From Candidatus Methanomethylicia archaeon (GTDB taxonomy: Archaea; Thermoproteota; Methanomethylicia; CALHIW01), in assembly GCA_038845975.1 (NCBI GenBank), contig JAWBQF010000003.1, forward strand, positions 32,001-96,000: 64,000 nt of DNA. The letters are read 5' to 3'. Below are positions 21,759 through 31,306 of the stretch, piece after piece. The position numbers were made by a program, and so were the translations under genes. The notes under the pieces are model-generated. The model had not been told where the DNA came from and did no database searches. It worked only from the letters and a program-made list of their open reading frames with translations. Position 1 is the first letter of the stretch. The number at the start of each line of letters is the position of its first letter.

Positions 21759-21815
21759 ACTTTTTAAACTCTATAGATTTTAGGTATACATAGTTAATGA
21801 CTTAAATTCTAAGTT
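21759..21815 (-). mobile_element. Degenerate family-A MITE, reverse orientation
   Basis: The reverse complement ttaagtcattaactatgtatacct...tctatagagtttaaaaag matches the MITE core. Confidence 0.45.
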
Positions 21816-22235
21816 TAAATTTAGGGTTTTCTCCTATTAGCTATTTTGTTGCTACTTATTTAACTTATGAATGATTCATCACAACATCTTTAGCATTTAA
21901 AAATAATCTTCAGTAATTTAGAGTAAAGTATATTATAAAAATCTATATCCTGTATGCGAAATCTAATAGATAATACCGAACTAATTATGTTACTACATGT
22001 AGAGTATAGAATAAGTAGCATGAATATATGGTCCTAAATATCAATTTTAATGCTAGAATTAGCAGCTTGAGAATGCTTATTAAATTTTAGACTGTGGAGA
22101 CGTAGCTTAAGTTAAGCTCACTTTAATTTTATCCTTAATGTATATAGCTAAGTGTATTAAGAACAGCATTAGAGTAAACCTAGTTTAATGCTCCACACTA
22201 AACGATGTATTTCCTACTTTATACTTCGTGAAAAT

Positions 22236-22284
22236 GGACCTGCAACTTAGGAGGGAAGCTGCAATATGTTAAGTTGCTACTTAC
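22236..22284 (+). mobile_element. ~50-bp MITE (family B)
   Basis: ggacctgcaacttaggagggaagctgcaatatgttaagttgc; related copies at 30237 and 31116 (reverse). Confidence 0.7.
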
Positions 22285-22329
22285 TCAATTCTTGAAAAGA
22301 CTTAAATAGCCTTAAAGCTTATAATTATT

Positions 22330-22386
22330 GGAATGATGAGCTTATGCTTAAAGAATGATTAATGATTGTGGAGGTTTCGTCTGACC
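22330..22386 (+). ncRNA. C/D-box sRNA, predicted 16S rRNA 2'-O-methylation guide
   Basis: C box ATGATGA (22333-39), internal D'/C'-like atga/tgattg, D box CTGA (22381-84) and gg/cc terminal pair. The guide attgtggaggtttcg is antisense to archaeal 16S CGAAACCUCCRCAAU. Confidence 0.72.
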
Positions 22387-22659
22387 TAACCGCGATGTCA
22401 AGCTTCACATATTACAGCTTCAAAGCGTATTTCTTCAATTTTAAACGGTTTAACTTAGGATTATTAGTTTATTTTAGCTATTATCAGCCATTTAGATTAA
22501 TGATTAGTTTCAGATGGAAGGGTTATTTAGTTGTATTGATTTCATAGCTTAATATACTGTTTGTATTTCATTAGTACTATATTATAGCTATCTACTAGAA
22601 TTTCTCATTTATATAAAATTGGATTTATGAATTTCAGAATTAAGCCGTAAACGATTTTG

Positions 22660-23469
22660 TTATGGGGCTATTCCAGTAAACTTTCTTGGCTTCATTTTCT
22701 TCTTTTCAAGAAAGTCTCTACATCTTTCTCTAAACTCTTCAGATAGCCAAACCATTGATGTTATGTCTCTTGCTAGCTGCCAGTTAAGCATTGCTAGATC
22801 CGTCCAGAACTTTAATCCAGACTTAATGACACGAAATGCCTGTGGACTTTTCCCATTAATTATTTCTATAGCTAGCTTTCTAGCTTCATTCTCAACATCA
22901 ACATCATCTACAACCCTATTAACCAATCCAAACTGGTAGGCTTCACTTGCTGAAAGTATTCTTCCCGTGAAAAGTATTTCTCTTGCTCTTTTCTCACCTA
23001 CAACTAATGGCAGTAGCTGAACAGCTCCTCCGAGAGCTGTTGCACCTACGGTTGCTTCAGGTTGTCCTAGTCTTAGAGATTTACCTGCAACAACTAGGTC
23101 GCACATCATTGCAAGTTCATGTCCTCCAGCTACACATACACCCTTAATAGCCGCTATTACAGGCTTACCTGTCCCTTTTATAAGCTCCATGATCCGCCAA
23201 AATGCCTCCATCCATCTAACTCCCTTTTCAAAGTTCATTTCAATAAGCTCCTTAACATCAGCTCCAGCACAGAAATTGCTACCTGTGCTTGTAATGATTA
23301 TTGCATGTATGTCATCATCTTTATCTGCATTTAGTAATGCATTGTAAAGTTCATTCATAACCTCCATACCTAAGACATTTAAACGTTCAGGATTGTTTAA
23401 TTTAATCCATAGAATCCTACCATCTATAGAATCCTTCTCAACAACAATCTTTTCATACATAACTACCAC
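22660..23469 (-). CDS. Crotonase-family enoyl-CoA hydratase/hydrolase
   Basis: LNNPERLN, FCAGAD, AGGHEL..MCD and VGEKRARE. Confidence 0.88.
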   Translation of the reverse strand: MVVMYEKIVVEKDSIDGRILWIKLNNPERLNVLGMEVMNELYNALLNADKDDDIHAIIITSTGSNFCAGADVKELIEMNFEKGVRWMEAFWRIMELIKGTGKPVIAAIKGVCVAGGHELAMMCDLVVAGKSLRLGQPEATVGATALGGAVQLLPLVVGEKRAREILFTGRILSASEAYQFGLVNRVVDDVDVENEARKLAIEIINGKSPQAFRVIKSGLKFWTDLAMLNWQLARDITSMVWLSEEFRERCRDFLEKKKMKPRKFTGIAP

Positions 23470-23537
23470 CTATGGTAACCCTCTCAAACACTTACTATTA
23501 AGAAATACTTAAACTTAACCAATACTCTATTTACATT

Positions 23538-23997
23538 GGCTTTGTTAACTTAAGCATGTTTATTACCTCTATTTTGTTTTGTGTTTCTATGAATTCTTAG
23601 CTTTATCTTCTTATTAATCCATATCTTGTTTAGCATGTATACTATTGATTTTATAAGCATTAATACATGTTCCTATATTCTTCATATGGTATGTAGTTAT
23701 CGAATAGTTTATCTATCTAATATACTGTATTATTCCATCCATTAATTCTAACTTCTAAACTATATCATGTTTTAAGTTTAATATTCTACATGATGCTTAT
23801 AGTATTGAGCTTCATCACTTAATACAATTATATTTGAGCCATAGATAGCTCTAATCCTTTAATGTTATTGATGTAAGTATATTCGTAACATCACAACCCG
23901 TACGTATAGAATCCCTAACAATAGCTCAGCAACATAAATAACCCTACTATTAGAACAATTATAATAGTATCATCAACCAAAGGGGTGAACTTCTCAG
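23538..23997 (-). mobile_element. IS6 copy, internally deleted with one end lost
   Basis: Intact TIR at 23538; colinear with 244..~720, then jumps to a ggggtgaactt remnant. Confidence 0.8.
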
Positions 23998-24131
23998 TAT
24001 TCTTAGTAGGGTTTAGCAATTCTACCACTTATAATGTGGTTAATCTTTATCCATATAGTTTAGCATGTTGTAAAGTCTTGCAAATTATAGAAATGTTTAA
24101 AACCATTAAGAAATTTAGAAATGGTGACTCT

Positions 24132-24377
24132 ATGTCTGAGGAGAAGTTACCGATATCTGAGAAGCTTAAGATTCTACAGTATGAAAACATATTTAAGTCT
24201 AGTAAGTGGTGGGCTGCTGTAGTTCTTCTAGAAAGCTTCGGTAGGAGGCAGATTGCTCTATACTTATGGACGAGAAGGGGAAATCAATGGAAACGTAAAC
24301 AGAAATATGTAATACATAGTAAGGGGGAGTGGCTTCAGATAAGAGATACTATAGAGAAACTTATAGCTTCTATCTAG
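24132..24377 (+). CDS. Small protein with a possible PC4-like ssDNA-binding fold
   Basis: ATG at 24132 with GGTGA SD at 24123 (the track's longer ORF starts inside IS DNA). Beta-rich KWWAAVVLLESFGRRQIALYLW...WKRKQK...EWLQIRDTI; 9 bp upstream of hef. Confidence 0.65.
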   Translation: MSEEKLPISEKLKILQYENIFKSSKWWAAVVLLESFGRRQIALYLWTRRGNQWKRKQKYVIHSKGEWLQIRDTIEKLIASI

Positions 24378-24386
24378 TGGGCTGAA

Positions 24387-26231
24387 TTGGAGAGGAAGTA
24401 TATTCAGCATCCATTATTAAAGCCTGGAAGTGTTGAGAATAGAATCTACCAACATAGAATACTTGAAACAGCTAGAAGTAGAAATACTCTAGTAATACTT
24501 CCAACAGCTCTCGGTAAAACAGTTATAGCTATGCTTTTAGCATTGGAGAAGCTTAGTGAGGGTAAAGTGCTTTTTACAGCTCCAACAAGACCTCTTGTCC
24601 AGCAGCACTATGAGGTATTCACTAGTAAGACAAGACTTGACAGGAATGAATTAAGTCTAGTAACAGGAAAGATACCTCAGTATAAACGTATTCAGCTATA
24701 TAAATCTGGAAGAATTGTTTTCGCTACTCCACAATGTGTATTAAACGATCTTAAAGCCGGGGTATTAAGTCTAAAGGATTTCTCTCTAGTAGTATTTGAC
24801 GAGGCTCATAGAGCTAGAGGAAACTATGCCTATGTTGGTATAGCTTCAATGTATGTTAAGCAATGTAGTAAACCGTTAATACTTGGACTAACAGCTTCAC
24901 CTGGCGGATCTGAAGATAAAATAATACAGATATGTAAGTATCTATGTATTGAAGCTGTAGAGTATCGTTCAGATGATGATCCTGATGTAAAGCCATATAT
25001 ACAGCCAATAGATGTTCAATGGTTTAGAGTAAGGCTACCTGAAGAATATGTAAAGATTAGAAGTAGGCTTAGAGAAATATTGATAGAGAGAATTAAGTAT
25101 TTACAATCCATGGGTGTGTTAACATTTAAGGAGCCTGCATTCATAACAAAGAAGGATCTTGTTAATTTAAATATGGAGCTTGAGAGAAAGCTTGGTGAAG
25201 GGAGAGGAGGATACCTATACGAGATTAAAATTCAAGCTACAGCTGCATTAAGCATAGCACATATGATTGAACTTATAGAAACTCAAGGTCCTGAAACATT
25301 AAAGGCATTTATAGATAGAACTCTTACAAGCATGGTTGAAGAGGGAAGTAGAGGACATCAATACATAGCTAATCATCCCCTATTCATAGAGGCAAGAATA
25401 TATACAAGTCAAAGCCTATCACTACCAAATCCTAAAATAGAGAAGCTTAAAGAACTGGTAATAGAACAGTTTAAAACAAATCCAGAATCAAGAATAATAG
25501 TGTTCACACAGTATCGTGATACTGTTAGTATGATTTTAAGTAGGCTTAAAGATATTGTAGATGTTAAGGCAGCTCGATTTATAGGTCAAGGATTTAAGGA
25601 TGGAGACCCGGGAATGAATCAGAAGCAACAGTATGAAGTAATACAGAAGCTTCGAAGTGGAGAAGTTAATGTATTGGTTGCTACAAGTATAGCTGAGGAG
25701 GGGCTAGATATACCTGAAGTAGACCACGTAATATTCTATGAGCCTGTTCCAAGCGAGATAAGATATATACAGCGTCGCGGAAGAACAGGGAGGAAAGTAG
25801 CTGGTAAAGTATCAATAATAATGGCTGAGGGAACACTCGATGAAGTTTTCTACTGGTCAACAATAATGAAAGTTAAGAAAATGAGGAGAATTGTAAAGCA
25901 AATCAATAAAAAACTAGAACAACTTAAAAAAGAGAAACAGGTAGAATTAAGAATCAATGAGAAGCAGCTAGAGTCAGTAAGGGAAATTCAGCCAGTTAGA
26001 GAACAGATTAAGTACTTCATACCTGAACGCATAGAAGCCAAAGGGCTAAGTAAAGTGTTAAGATGGCTAATGGAGAACCTCCCTCTAAAACCAACACCAG
26101 TAGAGGATATTGTAAAGATAGCTACTGAAACATTAGGATTCAGTAAAACACAAGTAGAAACAGCAATATGGCGACTAATACAGCAAGGAATACTCTACGA
26201 GCCCAAGCCAGGAGTAGTAGCAAGACCATAA
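24387..26231 (+). CDS. Hef/FANCM-like SF2 helicase without an XPF nuclease domain
   Basis: LPTALGKT, DEAHRA.GNYAY, GLTASPG, TSIAEEGLDIP and IQRRGRTGR; short C-terminal wH-like domain. Confidence 0.9.
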   Translation: MERKYIQHPLLKPGSVENRIYQHRILETARSRNTLVILPTALGKTVIAMLLALEKLSEGKVLFTAPTRPLVQQHYEVFTSKTRLDRNELSLVTGKIPQYKRIQLYKSGRIVFATPQCVLNDLKAGVLSLKDFSLVVFDEAHRARGNYAYVGIASMYVKQCSKPLILGLTASPGGSEDKIIQICKYLCIEAVEYRSDDDPDVKPYIQPIDVQWFRVRLPEEYVKIRSRLREILIERIKYLQSMGVLTFKEPAFITKKDLVNLNMELERKLGEGRGGYLYEIKIQATAALSIAHMIELIETQGPETLKAFIDRTLTSMVEEGSRGHQYIANHPLFIEARIYTSQSLSLPNPKIEKLKELVIEQFKTNPESRIIVFTQYRDTVSMILSRLKDIVDVKAARFIGQGFKDGDPGMNQKQQYEVIQKLRSGEVNVLVATSIAEEGLDIPEVDHVIFYEPVPSEIRYIQRRGRTGRKVAGKVSIIMAEGTLDEVFYWSTIMKVKKMRRIVKQINKKLEQLKKEKQVELRINEKQLESVREIQPVREQIKYFIPERIEAKGLSKVLRWLMENLPLKPTPVEDIVKIATETLGFSKTQVETAIWRLIQQGILYEPKPGVVARP

Positions 26232-26315
26232 CATAATTTAGAGTATTACATAATCTATGAAGCTACCGCTACTAAGATAAGTTGCCTACTAATCCTAAAC
26301 GTTAAGTCTATAACT

Positions 26316-27113
26316 CTAATTAGCGTTAATATTAAAGGTAGATAATGCTTTCAATCCCTCCTCCTCCATGAAGTGAAGCTTAGGAGAGGTCAATACTAGT
26401 GTATGTGGTCCTCTATGTTTAGGAAGTGTTTTCAACTTCTTTAAGCTATTAAAACATATTCTCTGATTAGATCCACCCAGTCCCGATATCGCTACTGCTT
26501 TCCTCTCCTCATTTACTATTTTCTCCCCCCTCTTCTCTTCAAGTTTGAGAAGTATATCCACAGCATCACTAATACTCATAACTATGTTGTTTTCAAGATC
26601 TACTTCTAAAAGTAGAATTGTATGTAAGTTTCTCAAATCATTATCCTTAATTACATCATAAGGATAATCAGATAGAAAACCCTGTTTAGGATATGTTAGA
26701 GTAGTAACTTTACCTATTTTATACACCATTAATCCAGACATGCTTAAAGCGTTAGGTATTATTCCTGGAGCTGGTATAATTTCAAACATTATATTTCTAC
26801 GATATGCTTCAACAATAAGTGACACATGGGTTGTAGCATCCAACGGATTTCCTGGAACTATTAGTGATACATTCAATCCTTGAAGAACAGGTTTAAAAAG
26901 AACCTCCTCAAATCTCTCCTCCAAATCTACTCTACGAAGCTTATAGATTCTTCTACCAATAATATCCTCTAAATCTGAATTACAAAGCATACTTGTATAG
27001 GAATCCATGAAGATAATATCGCTGTTTTTAAGTGTTTTAATACCTCTTAATGTTATTAGATCTGATGATAATCCAGCACCAACTATGTAAAGTTTCCCAC
27101 CCATTACTATCAC
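26316..27113 (-). CDS. dph5: Diphthine synthase
   Basis: LYIVGAGL, DSYTS, PG.PL.ATTH, SGL..YK.GK.TT, LHT.LLL and LHFME. Confidence 0.9.
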   Translation of the reverse strand: MIVMGGKLYIVGAGLSSDLITLRGIKTLKNSDIIFMDSYTSMLCNSDLEDIIGRRIYKLRRVDLEERFEEVLFKPVLQGLNVSLIVPGNPLDATTHVSLIVEAYRRNIMFEIIPAPGIIPNALSMSGLMVYKIGKVTTLTYPKQGFLSDYPYDVIKDNDLRNLHTILLLEVDLENNIVMSISDAVDILLKLEEKRGEKIVNEERKAVAISGLGGSNQRICFNSLKKLKTLPKHRGPHTLVLTSPKLHFMEEEGLKALSTFNINAN

Positions 27114-27664
27114 TAGTAATTAACTACTTCAAATTTACCTTGTAAAGATATATATTTAGCTATTGTCTATCTAGTGAATGATATAGTTCTGCTAGCCCTC
27201 AGCCATCACTGTACTCTTCATAAATATTTAATGATTAGTTCCTACAGATTATAATAACTATAGTATTATGCTGGTTAAGATAATATTGATAGCCATTATT
27301 CACTAGAATATAAGGGCTATAATTATAGATATTATGAATAAGAAGGATTTAAGACTAACTATAGATATCCGGAGATGCTAGCTCTACTTTAATTAACTTA
27401 GTAAGGATGGCTTATGAGATAAGGTTCATAGCATCTCTAATGTTAAATAAAATTATTTAATGATTAAATATAATGCCTAAAGGAACTATCCACATTATAA
27501 CTATTAGATAGATATTTAGACTTAGTTAAGGAGGATTTATTACACTAGAAATGTAAATTCCCCCATATTGTGTAGATATATAATTCAGCTATAATCTTCA
27601 TAAGCTTTCTATCTTATACATGGAAACATTAACATCATTATGTACTTCGGAGTTGTTTATGATG

Positions 27665-28261
27665 CTAGCCTAGTCCAAGTTGATATGCTTCCATTCTGAT
27701 ACTTGATAATTCCTCTAGAACTTCATCTATTGTTGGAGGGATATAATCAGCTGATATAGGGTAATTAAGATCCTCCGCTATGAGCCCAGCTGGAAGCTTT
27801 AAATGGAAAACAATAGAATTATATGCTCTAGGTATTGTTTTCATAATCTTCTCAAGTAATCTAACCTCACCGTTTGATAATTCATTTTTAACTATTTTTT
27901 CTCGAATAGCTAGTATTACTGTCATACTTATAATGTCAAACTTATCAGCTATATCAATTAGCTTATCATCCCCTATTCCATATCGATAATGGAGGTCTTC
28001 ATAGAGACGATGAAGATTCTCAAGACTTACTTCTAAAATACCTATCTCATATAAAGCAGTAATATTATCCCCACCTCTTAAATTATTTAAAACAGATCGA
28101 GTCATACTGCATGCTCTTAGAGCTTCATCATGTAAAAGCGCAACATCACGCTTAAAACACCAATCCGTAGACCGATAAATAGTAAATAGTTGATAAACAA
28201 GAATAATATTAATCAAAATGGAAAAAACAAGAATGATTTTAAAGATTCTAATATGAGCCAT
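27665..28261 (-). CDS. Membrane-anchored hypothetical protein
   Basis: N-terminal TM helix followed by a helical domain; 9 bp downstream of 28271..29443. Confidence 0.75.
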   Translation of the reverse strand: MAHIRIFKIILVFSILINIILVYQLFTIYRSTDWCFKRDVALLHDEALRACSMTRSVLNNLRGGDNITALYEIGILEVSLENLHRLYEDLHYRYGIGDDKLIDIADKFDIISMTVILAIREKIVKNELSNGEVRLLEKIMKTIPRAYNSIVFHLKLPAGLIAEDLNYPISADYIPPTIDEVLEELSSIRMEAYQLGLG

Positions 28262-28270
28262 ACATTTACC

Positions 28271-29443
28271 CTACTTTATTGTTATACTAAATGTTCTTGC
28301 TGGAAAATCTATCCAGTGAGATACGAGATATCCTCCTTCATATTGATGTATAATAACGTTTCCCCAAATCGTGAAGGTATATGTTGTCTGCACATCACCT
28401 AAATCTTGCATTTGCCATCTTACACCAACATCCCTAGGTCTATTATTATTTAGAGAACCGAGAATTTCATTCCATCCTAAATAATCAGGATACTGTTTTC
28501 TCGGACCATAATTATACCAGCTTAAATCATGATCACCCTCATAGGTCTGAGCTCGTGTTTGAGCCCATGAAACAGTAATAGATATAAGCCCAATATTTGG
28601 AATGTATAAGTAAAGTGGAATGGAAACAGCATCCTTATCCGATTCTGGGTAAGGATCAGTAGGATTAAGAAGTGAGCTACTTGTTAATATGTATACTTTA
28701 AATGCGTTTCCTTGCCATATCATAGGCTCCCCCTCAGGGTAAGGCCATTGCTGAGTTGTTAAAAATTCAGCTCTAAAATATTTTGAGCTTCCTCTTTCCA
28801 ATTCATTATAATTTTCACCAGGTCTTATTTGCCCGAATACATCCATGTATATTTTCCAGAGTGTATTTCCTTCTTTACCTTGAATGTAGCCAAATCTTCC
28901 ATATTCTGCCTCTCCACTCTGTGTTGCCGTTTGCTGTAGCTCTTTGATGATTTGATGCTTATATAGTTCTTGTTGTTCTGATGTTTGTAAGTCTTTATTC
29001 TCCTCTATTATTCTTGATTCTATTAGTTTTCTTGATGCTTCTCTATGTATTTTTATTGCTTTCTCCTTATTTTTTAATGCTATGAATGATGATACATCCC
29101 TTATTAATCCTGATATTCCATCACTATATATTGATATGATTATTTTATTATCTTTTGATTCCATTATTTTAATGTCTTTATGAGTTTCAGCTTCAATACA
29201 TTTTGATTCATATGTTTCACCTAGATTCTCAAAAACAATCCTAACATAGACTTCATCCCCACTTATATTACCCAAATAAACCTTAACATCATCAACTACA
29301 CTAGGACCAATAAAGGCAACACCATAAAAAACATTTTCCTCAGCCATAATAACTGGTAAAGCAATATTTAGCGAAAGCATTAAAAGAATAACCACAGCTA
29401 AAACCCTAACCATAACACCACCAAACAAACATAGCAGAACCAA
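28271..29443 (-). CDS. Secreted hypothetical protein
   Basis: Signal-peptide-like N-terminus, charged linker and aromatic beta-rich C-terminal domain. The true start is probably the second Met (MVRVL). Confidence 0.75.
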   Translation of the reverse strand: MVLLCLFGGVMVRVLAVVILLMLSLNIALPVIMAEENVFYGVAFIGPSVVDDVKVYLGNISGDEVYVRIVFENLGETYESKCIEAETHKDIKIMESKDNKIIISIYSDGISGLIRDVSSFIALKNKEKAIKIHREASRKLIESRIIEENKDLQTSEQQELYKHQIIKELQQTATQSGEAEYGRFGYIQGKEGNTLWKIYMDVFGQIRPGENYNELERGSSKYFRAEFLTTQQWPYPEGEPMIWQGNAFKVYILTSSSLLNPTDPYPESDKDAVSIPLYLYIPNIGLISITVSWAQTRAQTYEGDHDLSWYNYGPRKQYPDYLGWNEILGSLNNNRPRDVGVRWQMQDLGDVQTTYTFTIWGNVIIHQYEGGYLVSHWIDFPARTFSITIK

Positions 29444-29626
29444 TATATATTACTGCTAAAAATATTCCTAATAGAATCAAACAATAAATTGATGTATTAA
29501 ACATCTATATACTCTAAGTTTACAGCTAACAAGCTCTGTTAATCTTAGAAACTCGTGAGGAATAATATGAGCTAGAATTCAAGCTAGACCACGTAAAATA
29601 TTTAAGTTTTGGCTTAATTGTGATTT

Positions 29627-29998
29627 ATGTCTAATAGTGATGTTTTAATAGCAACTGCTGAAGAGGTTTTAAAGTATGCTGAAGAAGAATTTGAGAAAGC
29701 CATTAAATTAGGTGATATGCTACTTTATAGGAATGCTGCTGATAAGGTATTTCTATCTATAGTTATAGCTGTAAACTCATATGTTAATCGTAAGCTTAAC
29801 ATAATTCCTAAATCACATAGTGAACGTAGATCCCTACTTAGAAAAATGGAGAGGGAAGATCTTAGAGCTGCTTACAGCGATTTGATGAAAACTCTTCATG
29901 AAGAAGCCTTCTATGAAGGCATCTATAACCCTGAAGAAGTTAAATACGCTATAAGCCTAGCTAGAAAGATTCTGAAGGAAATTAAAAACTCATTCTAA
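29627..29998 (+). CDS. PaREP1 / HEPN-like protein
   Basis: A.EE......RNAADK.FL, PKSHSERR and LHE.AFYEG. Confidence 0.8.
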   Translation: MSNSDVLIATAEEVLKYAEEEFEKAIKLGDMLLYRNAADKVFLSIVIAVNSYVNRKLNIIPKSHSERRSLLRKMEREDLRAAYSDLMKTLHEEAFYEGIYNPEEVKYAISLARKILKEIKNSF

Positions 29999-30059
29999 AT
30001 CTATTAATTAGTTAATAATTATTAGGTCATAAATTCTTTAACTTCTTCAGAATTTAAGG

Positions 30060-30233
30060 TCTAGCCGAATGGTAAATAGTTGTAGGTGGAAATGATATTA
30101 GCCAAAATGAAAAGTTGAGAATGATTAAGATTCTAATATGAATCATATATCTATCCTGCTTTATTGTTATACTAAATACTTAAGAGGGTTTATCTAGTAG
30201 GGTATAAATACTCCTATTGATTATGGTAACGTT
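30060..30233 (-). pseudogene. Decayed duplicate of the junction between the 28271..29443 and 27665..28261 genes
   Basis: Shares aagattctaatatga, ctttattgttatactaaat and gtaaatagttg with 28165-28340 in the same order. Confidence 0.7.
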
Positions 30234-30236
30234 TAA

Positions 30237-30284
30237 GGACCTGCAACTTAATAAGAAAGCTACAATAGCTAAGTTATCACATTC
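30237..30284 (+). mobile_element. ~50-bp MITE (family B)
   Basis: ggacctgcaacttaataagaaagctacaatagctaagtt matches the 22236 copy. Confidence 0.7.
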
Positions 30285-30439
30285 ACTATAACTATAGTAA
30301 CAATTTTATTTTTGGTTAGCCTTCAAAAGTTTAAGAAATAATTAATGGATCTATAGACTAACAGAAGGACAGTTGACAAGTCAAACCCTTACAAGGTATA
30401 GATCCCAGTTCATTTTTGGATAACTCCATTCGAAAACTA

Positions 30440-30859
30440 TTAAATTAATTCAACACCGTATCTTTTACCTTCCTTTTTAAGCTCTGAATCAAAAGTAAAA
30501 AGATGTGTCTTTCTCCTTTTAGCAATGGAGAGAATTATTTTATCGTTGAATTTTTTGAAAGAAAGTTTTTCTGAAAGAACAGAAATGCAAGCAGAGCTTA
30601 AGTCACTTCTTTCAATACTAACTATTTCTATTCTTTTACTCTTTAAAATTTCATCTATTTTCTTCCCTATAATTTCTCTTTTTAAATTAAGTTGATTTAA
30701 AACTAAAACAAATTCTTCTATTACTACAGAAGGAATTAGCCATCTATCCAGTTTATCTAAAGTTTTCTTAGCTTCTTCGTGGAAAACCGAATCTTCAATT
30801 GTGTCGTACACTAACACATTAGTATCAATTAATGCCTCCACTTTATTACTTCCTCCCAT
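30440..30859 (-). CDS. vapC: VapC-type PIN-domain toxin
   Basis: IDTNVLVY, E, ND and TFD PIN motifs. The real start is likely near VEAL, overlapping the antitoxin stop. Confidence 0.88.
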   Translation of the reverse strand: MGGSNKVEALIDTNVLVYDTIEDSVFHEEAKKTLDKLDRWLIPSVVIEEFVLVLNQLNLKREIIGKKIDEILKSKRIEIVSIERSDLSSACISVLSEKLSFKKFNDKIILSIAKRRKTHLFTFDSELKKEGKRYGVELI

Positions 30860-31068
30860 CCCTTTTCAATTAATTTCTCAATCTCTTCTGGTTTAAGCTT
30901 TTTTCCTATTTTGATAGTGGTTCTTTTTTGTTCTTTTTCTAAAACTTCTCCCTTTAATTTTTGGTTAATTAGAAGCGAAAGCTTCCTCGTACTTCCATAC
31001 TTTTCTAAAGCTTCCTTTACAAGCTGCTTGTACAGCTCATCTTCCAGGATTATAGTTGTTTTTACCAT
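30829..31068 (-). CDS. vapB: Cognate antitoxin (RHH-like)
   Basis: MVKTTIILEDELY..L ribbon-helix-helix start; overlaps the PIN gene. Confidence 0.82.
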   Translation of the reverse strand: MVKTTIILEDELYKQLVKEALEKYGSTRKLSLLINQKLKGEVLEKEQKRTTIKIGKKLKPEEIEKLIEKGWEEVIKWRH

Positions 31069-31115
31069 ATAGACATTTTATTTCTGTAAATATATAAATT
31101 TTACGTTTTAGAATT

Positions 31116-31164
31116 AGACATTGCAACTTAACATGTTATAGCTTTCTTCCTAAGTTACCAGTCC
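31116..31164 (-). mobile_element. ~50-bp MITE (family B), reverse orientation
   Basis: Reverse complement is ggactggtaacttaggaagaaagctataacatgttaagttgcaatgtct. Confidence 0.7.
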
Positions 31165-31306
31165 TAGATTATTTTACTTCATTTTGTAAATTATTTCTAT
31201 GGAAATATCGGAAATTTTTGGAAAATTAGTTAGCATCTCACTTTCAAAGGAATTAATTCCTCTTTAATTTTTGAAGTTATCCACAAAAATTTAAGGATTT
31301 AATAAA

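Noticed and set aside
21950-22070. Possible decayed copy of the MFS 3' end (atggtcctaaata, taatgctagaattag)
   Set aside because: Only two short words match, and one recurs at ~55590, so chance cannot be excluded.
22362-22547. 61-aa ORF
   Set aside because: It overlaps the C/D sRNA candidate and a degenerate repeat, and has no protein-like features.
23985-24131. N-terminal extension of the 130-aa ORF
   Set aside because: It starts within IS remnant DNA; the SD-supported ATG is at 24132.
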